This document shows, piece by piece, positions 51,716 to 64,000 of a DNA stretch of 64,000 nt. Position 1 is the first letter of the stretch. The number at the start of each line of letters is the position of its first letter. This DNA comes from Eledone cirrhosa (Eukaryota). The stretch is from the NCBI GenBank assembly GCA_964016885.1, contig OZ024740.1:178312001-178376000 (forward strand). The letters run 5' to 3'. Below the pieces are notes generated by a model that had not been told where the DNA came from, searched no databases, and saw only the letters and a program-made list of their open reading frames with translations. The position numbers and the translations under genes were made by a program.

Positions 51716-54528
51716 GTAGGTGAACATGTTAAACAAACTAAACTTAGAAAATTGAAAAAAAAGTACAGTATAAGATCAACATGTGACATAGACATGCTGA
51801 TAGAAACAATCAAGCAAAAAGTGTCGGCCAAAGCTGCTCGTATAAGGCGCTTTGAAAAACGATCTAGATTCTATAAGGACAATAATATGTTCAAAAACAA
51901 CCAAAGAAACTTCTACAGAAAAATTGGTAAGTCAACAATAACTGCTAAATCAATACCACCCAAGGAGGAAGTGCAAGAATTCTGGGAAAAGATCTGGGCC
52001 GAAGAAAAAGTTCATAACATACATGCCCCATGGATAGACAGACAAATGAAAGAAACAGCTCACCTTGAAGAACAAACATGGGAAAATATAACAGTTGAAC
52101 AGCTGCGCTTGGCTCTAAGAAAAACCAGCAAATGGAAATCCCCAGGAAAAGACAAAATACAAAACTTTTGGATAAATGCCTTCACAGAGTCTCATGAGCT
52201 GTTAGCCCAACTTTACAATGAAATAGTTAAGGAGCCAGAAAAGATACCATCATGGCTAGTTAACGGCATTACATTCCTGCTACCGAAGAATGATGAGACA
52301 AACAATCCCAAAAATTACAGACCGATAACCTGCTTGACCACAATGTATAAAATTTTAACATCAGTCCTAACTGAATACACATATGACCACCTGATAACAA
52401 ATGACCTATTTCCCATTGAGCAGAAAGGGTGTAAACGAGGCTCATATGGCTGTAAGGATCAGCTTCTGGTTAACAAAATGATACTGGAAGATTGTCATAA
52501 TAGACACAAAAATCTATCGATTGCTTGGATAGATTATAAAAAAGCATTTGATAGTTTGCCACACAGTTGGATTGAAAAATGTTTAGAGATTTTCAAAATA
52601 TCCCCCGTTGTCAGGAGGTTTTTGTCATTCAGTATGAGGACATGGAGAACGACACTCCTTTTGAATAGTGAAACAAAATCACTGGAAGCTGGAGAAGTTA
52701 ACATTAATTGTGGAATTTTTCAGGGTGACTCTTTATCACCGCTTTTATTCTGCATCGCACTTATACCATTAAGTAAAATGCTCAATGAAACAAAACATGG
52801 ATATAGAGTCTATGACAAAACCATTAATCACCTGTTCTACATGGATGACCTGAAACTATTTGCAAAAAATGATGAACAATTGCAAGGGCTATTATCCACT
52901 GTGAAGCAGTTCAGTGATGACATTAAAATGGAGTTTGGACTGGATAAATGCGCCAAAGCAACGTTCACCAGAGGAAAGCTGCTGAAGAGTTCAGACATTA
53001 ATCTTGATCGGGGGAACGTGATAAGAGAGCTTGATCAAGAACAAACTTACAAATATCTAGGTGTTTGTGAAGGAGACGGAATCAAGCACTCGACAATGAG
53101 GGAAAGGATAAGGAAGGAATGTTACCGCAGAGTCAGAGCAATCTTAAGAACGGAATTGAATGCAAGGAATAGGATCGATGCCATAAACACGCTTGCCATA
53201 CCAGTAGTAACCTACAGTTACAATGTCATCAACTGGTCAAGCACAGAGATCCGTAGGCTCGATACAAAAATCCGAAAATTCTTAACCATGCACAGAATGC
53301 ATCACCCTAAGGCAGACATAGATAGAATATATCTCCCTAGGAAAGAAGGAGGACGTGGGTTAATCCAGTTAGACATTGCGTTGAAAACTGCAACAATTGG
53401 ATTATCCACATATCTAAGGGAATCACATGATTGGATGATCAAACTCGTTTTGAAACACGAAAGCACCAAAAGATCATATTCCATTACAAAAGATGCACAA
53501 AGATACAGTAATGGACTACAAATTTCAGAAGTCCCATTTACTGCTGAAATGGAAAACACAGAAAAAGCAAAGCAGGTAAAAGTAACTGCAAAGAAAGAAC
53601 TGCTACAGAAACTGGCTAAGAAATGGCAAGAAAAGCCTCTGTATGGAAAATACCCAGAGCGAGCTAACAATCCTGATGTTGACAAAACTTTAACCCATCA
53701 GTGGTTGGCATCCTCTGGACTGAAATCGGAGACTGAAGGACTGATTATATCCGCACAAGATCAGTGTCTGCCAACAAAAAATTACCAAGCCAACATAATA
53801 AAAAATGGGTGCAGCCCACTATGCCGTGTATGCAAAAAACAACCAGAGACCATTGACCATATAATTTCAATGTGCAGTCCTATAGCTCCAACCGAATACC
53901 TAAACAGGCATGACAGAGCTGCACAATACATACATTGGATAATGTGTAAGCATTTTGACCTGCCCCATCAAAAGAATTGGTGGGAGCATCAACCACCTCC
54001 CATACTTGAAAAAGATCACATCTCAATCTTGTGGAACTTTAGCATCCAAACAGACCGAAAAATAGATGCAAATAGACCTGATATAATATTGAAGGACTTT
54101 CAAAGGAGGGTATGCCTGCTAATTGATATGTCTGTTCCAATAGACAAGAATGTATCTATAAAAACATTTGAAAAATTGAGCAAGTATAAGGACCTGGAGA
54201 TAGAAATTGGAAAAATGTGGAAATTGAGAACTAAAACAATACCAGTGGTTGTAGGCGCTCTGGGAATGATACCTAAGGGGTCTAACGACTACTTATCGCA
54301 AATCCCAGGAAACCCGCGTATAGGAGAAATACAAAAGATAGTACTAATGGGAACTGCCCATATACTAAGGAAGATCCTGTCAATATAAGTACATCACAAG
54401 TCTAAACACTAAGGATGCATGTGTGAATATGTGTGTTCTTTCTTGAACATGGCGGACCTTGTTGTCTCTTGAGGTCACTGGTTGTGACTTGGTGATAACT
54501 CGTATAAACATAAAGCAAGATAAATGCA

Positions 54529-54563
<35 letters not shown>
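51711..54563 (+). mobile_element. R4/Dong-type non-LTR retrotransposon, 5'-truncated, inserted in (TAA)n (copy A)
   Basis: (TAA)n at 51651-51713 and 54529-54563. Nearly identical to 56661-59476. Confidence 0.9.
51713..54388 (+). CDS. RT, CCHC and restriction-like (PD-(D/E)xK-type) endonuclease; uninterrupted but N-terminally truncated
   Basis: YRPITCL, DYKKAFDS, GIFQGDSLSPLLF, YMDDLK, YKYLG, CRVC..ETIDH...C, RHD, RPDIILKD..LIDMSVP..K..KY. The first ~40 aa of the 931-aa track ORF, including poly-N, are flanking DNA. Confidence 0.85.
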
Positions 54564-55533
54564 GGGAAGAAGACGCACGAGGTGGTAGAACGTCACGAAA
54601 TTGCTCCCGTAAGTTTTTGATTTTTAACATATTTAAATCAATTGTGAAAGAACAATTCTTAGCACAAATGTTGCATAAATGCACCGAATGAGGTCCCATA
54701 AAGTTTCGGATCCATATTATATTGTTGTATCGCTCAAATATTCAATTTTGTATTATATATTTTGTATTCAAAAAAAGAAAATGGTTATAAATGGAACAAA
54801 ACACCCTCTGTCTACACTATATAGAACAGCCAAATAGCAGCAATTTCAACTTCACCAACAGCAGAAACTTGATACACTACCTATCCCGTCGCACTAAATA
54901 TAACAGCCAGATAACGGCAATTTCACCAGCATCATAATAATAATTACTATTATTATTGTCTCAAATTTTAAAAAATGTTTAATTCAAATTTTACGGGAAT
55001 ATGTCAACACAAAATATAATAAAAATATATATTAAAACATACGAACACAAACTCATAGATACTATATCAGTAACCACAACACCACCGCTGCCACCACCCC
55101 ACCACATCCATCATCGCCGCCACCACTCATTCAATGCTACTGACACTATTCCCCTATTAACTTGAGAGAGAAAAGGGAAGGTGGCGGTATCACTAGACAA
55201 GAGAGAGGCTAGCAAAAGATATAAATAGATTGACTTAGTGACCTGACCACCGGCCAAACGTCAACATCAACAACTATGGGACTGCTGGCTCACCCCTTCC
55301 TCACCAACAATATAAAAAGCCCCGGCACCACCACCGACATAGCCAACAACAATAACAGCCAACTACAACAAAAAGTATATTATATTATTGTAATGCACTG
55401 GGTGATTGCTGGCCTTGTGCCTGGAGTGGAGACAATTATTAATAATTTCATTCTTAAGCCACGCAATGCTCACATTAAGGAACCACTCATGATAATAACA
55501 ATTTTAAAAAAAACAACAAAAAGAAAACCCCGT

Positions 55534-58500
55534 GACCAAGAAATACCGGGATGGCGGCCGGCGGGGAATAGCCATGTCTCTAGGGGAGAACGACCCCTCT
55601 AGTCTTGGTTGACACTCGTTCTAGAAGTGGTAACACGAAATGATTACCCCTTGGCGGATAAGGATAAAACGCGACAAAATAAAGTAAATGTCTAATGATA
55701 AAATCTCATACCGGATCGGGCGTCACCCGGGTAAAAAAGGGCCGCGTCCCTCAGAGAGGAACCAGACTGGGGTCGAAAAATCAGCTAATGGTTCAAACCT
55801 TCCCATCACTTCGGAGCTGGAGACCTCCCATAACCGGAATACTCCTACTGTTGGCCCTCCATGCTCACCACCAAGAAATCCAAAGAAAAAGAGAGAAAAA
55901 TGGTCAAGGGAAGATAATAAAGAAGTCCTTGAGGCTTTCTACACTGCCATGTACTACCCATCAAATACATCGAATACAGAACAGACATATATCAACTGGA
56001 AAAAGAAACATCCCGAAAACATAGGCTATATTGACAGTAACAAACTAGCCAATATACGAAGAAATATTGTAAGAAAAAAGTTACTAACTGATATAGAAAT
56101 TGATCAGATCAAGCTAGTAGCACAAAGTCAGCGAAGGGAAAATGAAGCACGTGTCAGTGAAAACGAGGTAAACTGTAACACTTCGAATCCCAGGGTTGGG
56201 GTGGAATCACTGGCAACAGAACAAATTAAAGAAAGGATCGAAAAAGTGGAGGGAGTGCATGCTCAGGATGAAACTCCAAATGAAAATAATGAGATCGTAA
56301 ATGATAAAGAAATGAATGAGAATGAACTTGCCAACTTGAAGGATGAAATTATGATCGAATGGATGAAAATGAAAGAATCTGACATGGGGCAACGAGACAC
56401 CCTCCCTAATATCCAGAATTCCAAACAGAACCAAAAGATAATACACAAGACTAACATAATTCTCAAAAACATTATCATCACAAACAAACTAAACATTACT
56501 GACTTAAATCATCTCTATTATGCATCGGCTAAAGTCACCACTCACTTATGTGGAGTGAAGATGAAAAAACAAAGGAATTCCCACAAGAAATCTACTTGGC
56601 AAGATAACATCAATCGCCAAATAAACCTTCTCCGATCTGACATAGAAATTTTAACAAACTATAAAGTTGGTGAACATGTTAAACAAACTAAACTTAGAAA
56701 ATTGAAAAAAAAGTACAGTATAAGATCAACATGTGACATAGACATGCTGATAGAAATAATCAAGCAAAAAGTGTCGGCCAAAGCTGCTCGTATAAGGCGC
56801 TTTGAAAAACGATCTAGATTCTATAAGGACAATAATATGTTCAAAAACAACCAAAGAAATATCTACAGAAAAATTGGTAAGTCAACAATAACTGCTAAAT
56901 CAATACCACCAAAGGAGGAAGTGCAAGAATTCTGGGAAAAGATCTGGGCCGAAGAAAAAGTTCATAACATACATGCCCCATGGATAGACAGACAAATGAA
57001 AGAAACAGCTCACATTGAAGAACAAACATGGGAAAATATAACAGTTGAACAGTTGCGCTTGGCTCTAAGAAAAACCAGCAAATGGAAATCCCCAGGAAAA
57101 GACAAAATACAAAACTTTTGGATAAATCACAGAGTCTCATGAGCTGTTAGCCCAACTTTACAATGAAATAGTTAAGGAGCCAGAAAAGATACCATCATGG
57201 CTAGTTAACGGCATTACATTCCTGCTACCGAAGAATGATGAGACAAACAATCCCAAAAATTACAGACCGATAACCTGCTTGACCACAATGTATAAAATTT
57301 TAACATCAGTCCTAACTGAATACACATATGACCACCTGATAACAAATGACCTATTTCCCATTGAGCAGAAAGGGTGTAAACGAGGCTCATATGGCTGTAA
57401 GGATCAGCTTCTGGTTAACAAAATGATACTGGAAGATTGTCATAATAGACACAAAATCTATCGATTGCTTGGATAGATTATAAAAAAGCATTCGATAGTT
57501 TGCCACACAGTTGGATTGAAAAATGTTTAGAGACTTTCAAAATATCCCCCGTTGTCAGGAGGTTTTTGTCATTCAGTATGAAGACATGGAGAACGACACT
57601 CCTTTTGAATAGTGAAACAAAATCACTGGAAGCTGGAGAAGTTAATATTAATTGTGGAATTTTTCAGGGTGACTCTTTAACACCGCTTTTATTCTGCATC
57701 GCACTTATACTATTAAGTAAAATGCTCAATGAAACAAAACATGGATATAGAGTCTATGACAAAACCATTAATCACCTGCTCTACATGGATGACCTGAAAC
57801 TATTTGCAAAAAATGATGAACAATTGCAAGGGCTATTATCCACTGTGAAGCAGTTCAGTGATGACATTAAAATGGAGTTTGGACTGGATAAATGCGCCAA
57901 AGCAACGTTCACCAGAGGAAAGCTGCTGAAGAGTTCAGACATTAATCTTGATCGGGGGAACATGATAAGAGAGCTTGATCAAGAAAAAACTTACAAATAT
58001 CTAGGTGTTTGTGAAGGAGACGGAATCAAGCACTCGACAATGAGGGAAAGGATAAGGAAGGAATGTTACCGCAGAGTCAGAGCAATCTTAAGAACGGAAT
58101 TGAATGCAAGGAATAGGATTGATGCCATAAACACGCTTGCCATACCAGTAGTAACCTACAGTTACAATGTCATCAACTGGTCAAGCACAGAGATCCGTAG
58201 GCTCGATACAAAAATCCGAAAATTCTTAACCATGCACAGAATGCATCACCCTAAGGCAGACATAGATAGAATATATCTCCCTAGGAAAGAAGGAGGACGT
58301 GGGTTAATCCAGTTAGACATTGCGTTGAAAACTGCAACAATTGGATTATCCACATATCTAAGGGAATCACATGATTGGATGATCAAACTCGTTTTGAAAC
58401 ACGAAAGCACCAAAAGATCATATTCCATTACAAAAGATGCACAAAGATACAGTAATGGACTACAAATTTCAGAAGTCCCATTTACTGCTGAAATGGAAAA

Positions 58501-59475
58501 CACAGAAAAAGCAAAGCAGGTAAAAGTAACTGCAAAGAAAGAACTGCTACAGAAACTGGCTAAGAAATGGCAAGAAAAGCCTCTGTATGGAAAATACCCA
58601 GAGCGAGCTAACAATCCTGATGTCGATAAAACTTTAACCCATCAGTGGTTGGCATCCTCTGGACTGAAATCGGAGACTGAAGGACTGATTATATCGGCAC
58701 AAGATCAGTGTCTGCCAACAAAAAATTACCAAGCCAACATAATAAAAAATGGGTGCAGCCCATTATGCCGTGTATGCAAAAAACAACCAGAGTCCATTGA
58801 CCATATAATTTCAATGCGCAGTCCTATAGCTCCAACCGAATACCTAAACAGGCATGACAGAGCTGCACAATACATACATTAGATAATGTGTAAGCATTTT
58901 GCCCTGCCCCATCAAAAGAATTGGTGGGAGCATCAACCACCTCCCATACTTGAAAAAGATAACATCTCAATCTTGTGGAACTTTAGCATCCAAACAGACC
59001 GAAAAATAGATGCAAATAGACCTGATATAATATTGAAGGACTTTCAAAGGAGGGTATGCCTGCTAATTGATATGTCCGTTCCAATAGACAAGAATGTATC
59101 TATAAAAACATTTGAAAAATTGAGCAAGTATAAGGACCTGGAGATAGAAATTGGAAAAATGTGGAAATTGAGAACTAAAACAATACCAGTGGTTGTAGGC
59201 GCTCTGGGAATGATACCTAAGGGGTCTATTGATTACTCATCGCAAATCCCAGGAAACCCGTGTATAGGAGAAATACAAAAGGTAGTACTAATGGGAACTG
59301 CCCATATACTAAGGAAGATTCTGTCAATATAAGTACATCACAAGTCTAAACACTAAAGATGCATGTGTGAATATGTATGTTCTTTCTTGAACATGGCGGA
59401 CCTTGTTGTCTCTTGAGGTCACTGGTTGTGACTTGGTGATAACTCGTATGAACATAAAGCAAGATAAATGCAACT

Positions 59476-59516
<41 letters not shown>
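55534..59516 (+). mobile_element. Full-length R4/Dong-type element (copy B), recently inactivated
   Basis: Structured 5'UTR, single ORF from 55688 to 59332, (TAA)n tail at 59477-59516. The 5' boundary is approximate. Confidence 0.9.
55688..59332 (+). pseudogene. Dong ORF broken by a 5-bp deletion (~57128), a 1-bp deletion (~57455) and TGG>TAG (58880-82)
   Basis: Direct comparison with copy A. Confidence 0.85.
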
Positions 59517-59518
<2 letters not shown>

Positions 59519-60586
59519 TTTCATATTGGCCACAAGGGCTGACATCAAGAAAAACATTACAGACAACAGGACGGTACAGGACGGTACGATATGGGTTTTG
59601 TGCATATAAATATTTTTATTATTTATATAAGAAAAGAAAAAAAAAGGACATAGAAACATATATATATATATATAAACAATAAAAATGAAAATTGAAACAA
59701 TGAAAAATTCCCCAATAGGGGGAAACCTCCAAGGGTTACTCGTGGCGAAATCTACACAAAAGACCACGGCCAGCCTGACCACCAGGGCAAGCGACCTCTC
59801 TCAATTTTTCCATCTCTCAAACTACAGACGTATATTCAGAGTGGTCCCGTTCACTCGGACCATTATCGCTACATTCACCCACCTTTCAACAAACTTGCTA
59901 GAAAGCAGCACTTGCCTCTCCACCCTGATTTTCCTCTTCAAGTGAAACTTGAAAAATTTAATTAGGGATTCGCCGAAAAGGAAAGTATCTGCCTTTAACC
60001 CCTTTAACCTTGTCCACCACACAGTCTCTTTCGCCATGGCCACCAGGCAGATGAAAACCGCCTGCCTTTCCTCCTCGAAGGAAGACGGCGAGACCATCTG
60101 CACAATGGACTCAGTCGACAACCGGATCAGACCCACACGCGACAGCAACTGTTCGACATAGCTCCACAAGTCAGCAATGCTCGGGCACTGAACGAGTGCG
60201 TGCACAACGGTTTCGTCGCTCTGCGCGCATCTAGGACAGGCTCGGCTGACGGCACATCCGTGCCTGTAGAGCTTATCTCGAACCGGCAGCGCTCCCCGGT
60301 AGCACTGCCAGGCCAGGGAGTTTTGGAAATTATCCATAGGCCCCGGGCTGAAAGTTCTCCGGAAGAGAGCAAACAGCTGATCTTCTTCGACGCCCAGGAT
60401 CTCTCCGAGATTGTCGTCGCTCTTCCCCTCCACTAGTCCTCTATAGAACGCCGAGGTGGATGTTGCACCGATACTGGTGCCCAACTGGGAGAGGGCGGTG
60501 AGCGCCTGGAGACATTTCAGTTTCGAAGCGCTTTCCCTCGGTCTTTTTCTGACCCAGGACTGCAGCTCCATCAAGGAGACGAGCTG
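59517..60586 (-). mobile_element. 5'-truncated Tx1 subfamily A copy
   Basis: ORF2 C-terminus (GALPVRDKLYRHG, CPRC..ETVVH..C, VRVNGTTLNIRL*) and a 3'UTR like 181-477. Confidence 0.9.
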
Positions 60587-60589
60587 ATC

Positions 60590-61560
60590 ATAATAATAAT
60601 AACAAGAATCAAATGAAAAACAACCTACACAAATACGTGACCGATAGTAAGGAGCCAATGCTCAGAATTGTACTGAAGGAGAGGACAATAGACCAGGGGA
60701 TGTCCAAGGAGGGAATAACAACAAGGCAAAAGAGCAGCCTTCATGAAAAATCCCTTCATAGTACCTTCTTTGAGAAAACGGAATTCAGAGATCCACAGAC
60801 ATGGAACTGGTTGAGAAGAGGAGACCTTAAAAAGGCTACAGAAGGAATGCTAATGGCTGCGCAAGAGCAGGCCCTCAAAACGAAGTGGCTGAAACACCAT
60901 ATTTACAAGGAGGAGGCTAGCCCACTGTGCAGGATCTGTGGAGAGAGAGAGGAGACTGTGGCTCACATTGTATCCGAGTGTAAACATCTAGCCCAGACTC
61001 ACTATAAAGGCTGGAGTCATGATGTGATGAGCAGGGTGATCCACTGGCACCTATGCAAAGTAAACAATTTACCACATTCTGAGAAGTGGTATGAGCATAA
61101 GCCAGAGTCGGTGATAGAAAACGATCAGGTGAAGTTGCTATGGGATTTTAGGATACAGACGGACAAGAAACTGGAACACAATAGACCTGACCTGGTGGTT
61201 TTGGACAAGGAAAAAGGATCGTGCCTGATTGTGGAGGTGGCCTGCCCATTCGACACGAGAGTGCAAGAGAAGGAGAGGGAGAAAATTAACCGATACCAGG
61301 ACTTAAAGTGGGAGGTAAAAAGGATTTGGAACTGCCATGAAGTCAAAGTGTCATAGGCGCACCAGGGATGGTTAAAGAAAATTGGTCCCGTCCCGCTTTT
61401 TGGAACACTTCAAAAGGCATGCTTGCTGGGAACAGCAAGAACCCTCCGATACGTCCTGAATATCTGAGGCTGCAGGCAGTATGTTTGATATTCATTTCAA
61501 CAAACTTTCCAGTTAACTAACATCAATGACTGAGACTCAAAGAACAATAATAATAATAAT
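60590..61560 (+). mobile_element. 3' fragment of a second R4/Dong-like family in (TAA)n (copy C)
   Basis: AAQEQAL, CRICGEREETVAHIVSEC, LLWDFRIQTD..HNRPDLVVLD..IVEVACP, KINRYQDL. (TAA)n at 60590-60602 and 61546-61560. Confidence 0.85.
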
Positions 61561-61566
61561 TATAAT

Positions 61567-64000
61567 GGTTTCTTTATTGGCCACAAGGGCTAACACGAAG
61601 AAAACATTAGAGACGGCACAGAACAGTACAGGACGATAAAAGTGGGTTTTGGTCGTGTAAACAGGTTATAACATAATCGGGCTAGAAATCAAAAAAATTC
61701 AAACAACAAAAATTCCACAAAAAGGGGGACACCTCTGAAGGTCACTCGTGGCGAAAACGACACAAAAAGGCAACCGCCACCCTGATTACCAGGGCAAGCG
61801 CCCTCTCTCAGTTTTCCTACTCCTCGGTCTACAGGCACATACTCATAGCGGGCCCGTTCACTCGGACCAGACTCGCCACTTTCACCCACTTTTCAACAAA
61901 CTTACTAGAAGGCAGCACTTGCCTCTTCACCCTGATTTATCTCTTCAAGTGAAACTTGAAAAAGTTAATCAGGGATTCGCCGCAGAGGAATCTGTCCGTC
62001 TTCAACCCTTTCAACCTTGTCCACCACACAATCTCTTTCGCCATGGCCACCAGGCAGATGAAAACTGCTTGCCCTTCCTCCTCTTTAAAGGAAGATGGGG
62101 GGCTTTCTGCTCAATGGACTCAGTCGATAACGGGATCCGTTCTACACGCGGCAGAAGCTGTTCGACATCGCTCCACAAGTCAGCAATCCTCGGGCACTGA
62201 ATTAGTGCGTGCAGGACGGTTTCGTCGCCCTGCGCGCATCTCAAACAGGCTCGGCTGACAGCACCTCCGTGCCTGTAGAGCTTATCCCGAACCGGCAACG
62301 TTCCCCGGTAGCACTGCCAGGCCAGGGATTTCTGGAAGTTGTCCATAGGCCCCGGTCTGAATGTTCTCTTGAAGATAGCGAACAGCTGATCGTCTTCGAC
62401 GCCCAGGGTCTCCCTGAGAACGTCGTCGCTCTTTCCCTCCACTAGCCCTCTATAGACACCGAGGTGGATGTTCCACCGATACTAGTACCCAGCTGGTAGA
62501 GGGCGGTGAGCGCTTGGAGACACTCCAGCTTCCAAGCGTTATCCTTCGGTCTTTTCCTGATCCAGGACTGTAGTTCCGTCAAGGAGACGAGCTGGGGAAA
62601 AGTGCGTCTGGCAAATGGCGACCACACCTATTCACCGTCAAGGAAGCACAAGAGATGTCGCAGCCTCACGTGCTGTCGGACGGAATGTTCTTGCCTCTCC
62701 AGATGCCGAGTTGCAAGCCCACCGACTTTTCTTTTTTTATCTTTGCTTCTGTCACCGCTTCGTATTCCTTGAGAGCGGTGCCGAGCATCTGGACGTGTTT
62801 GGTGGGACCACCCTCATCGTCTCCAATTTGTGCAGTAACGGCTCGAGGGCCAGTACGTACAATAGGGACGGGAGGGGGCAACCCTGGCGGACCGAGGGCA
62901 TGATGCTGAAAGGCTGCGACAGGTGACCATTCACCCTCACAATCGAGCGGATGTTGCTGTGCATCGCAGCGATCCAGCCCCTAAAAACGGACCCGAAGCC
63001 GGCCGCCTCGAGGACCGCAGCAAAGTACCGATGGTCGACTCTATCGAATGCTTTAGATTGATCCAAGTTGATCAGGGCCCCACCCGTGCCAGGTTCCTTA
63101 ATCACCCTCTCTATAACGTATCGCATGAGATGGAGGTTGTCGTGGATGGATCTGTCCGGAATGGTACATATCTGCGCCTCTTCCACCAGATCACCGACGA
63201 CAAGCGCCAATCTCTTTGCTAACACCTTGGCCAAAATCTTAAACTCTGCGTTTAGCAGAGTTATGCGCCTGAAGTTGTCTATAACGTCCCTTTTGTTCGG
63301 GTCTTTGCTCAGCAGCGCCACCTCTCACCGGCTCACAAAACTGGGAATGGTACCGTTCTGCTGCCAGTTGCAGTAGACATCTGCCAAGAGGTCGCCGAAC
63401 AAGTCTGGCATATACGCATAAAGCTCGTAGGGCAGACCATCCAAACCTGGCGATTTACCTCTCATGCAGTCAGACATTGCTTCCCGTATGTCACCTGCTG
63501 TTATCGGCTTTCGCATCACTGTGCTGCGGTCATTGAGAGTAGCGGCAGTCCGTCGAGGTATGCACCGAAGTCCATACTCCGATCTGGTCCGACGCCGCTC
63601 CCGAACAATTGAGAAAAGTGCTGTTGAAAAGCCGCACACATCTGCTCGGGTTCGAGCAACATGCGCCCGTTTTGATCAGGCAAAGATCGAATTGTTGACT
63701 TGTTGCCACGTCGCGCCTCCACCAGCCGGACCCATTGAACGGCTTTCGTCCCCTCGTGTCTTAGAGCACGCGATCTAGTTCTGATAACGCAGACTTCATG
63801 CTTTGTGTTGAAGAATTGGTCGAGTGCCAATCTCGCCGCACGCACGTCGGTTGCGATGCCTGTACTAAACGCCTCTTCTAGCTTTCTAACTAACTCTCCT
63901 TCTACTCTATTTTCCCCTATCACTATTCCGTTGCTAAACTTTATCGATTCTACTCTAATATCCCTTTTCAGGGTAAACCACCACCTGTTGTTGACGATCG
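61567..64000 (-). mobile_element. Tx1 subfamily A copy running off the window end, with internal deletions
   Basis: KSPGLDGLPYE, DQSKAFDRVDH, RQGCPL and C-terminal finger; 3'UTR ends ...CCCTTGTGGCCAATAAAGAAACC followed by (ATT)n. Confidence 0.9.

Noticed and set aside
54564-55500. Possible decayed LINE 5' region between Dong A and Dong B
   Set aside because: Only compositional resemblance and no motif. Only a SINE 3' end at ~55394-55445 is recognisable.

Overview
Eukaryotic, AT-rich, microsatellite-saturated DNA. The SINE and LINE repertoire looks like a coleoid cephalopod such as Octopus (inference from recalled repeat sequences). No host gene is supportable, and most short ORFs are (TA)n/(CA)n/(GA)n/(TAA)n artefacts. 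The window is mostly decayed and recent retroelements: seven Tx1-clade APE-RT LINE copies or fragments in two subfamilies, three R4/Dong-type RT plus restriction-like-endonuclease LINEs in (TAA)n (one with an uninterrupted ~890-codon ORF), an RTE-like relic, a Penelope-like RT fragment and several tRNA-derived SINEs. Main hidden signals: (1) At least six well-formed and several decayed type-I hammerhead ribozymes from unrelated sequence families, mostly in short non-coding units next to (TA)n tracts as inverted or tandem partial repeats (retrozyme or Penelope-pLTR-like). (2) A splice-donor consensus overlapping a stop codon at the end of ORF1 in three Tx1 copies, with an acceptor just before the ORF2 ATG; splicing gives an in-frame ORF1-ORF2 fusion in one copy. 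(3) Antiparallel, alternating nesting of Tx1 and Dong elements through a shared (TAA)n target. (4) An HDV-like pseudoknot candidate at the Dong 5' end. All RNA structures were paired by eye and are untested.
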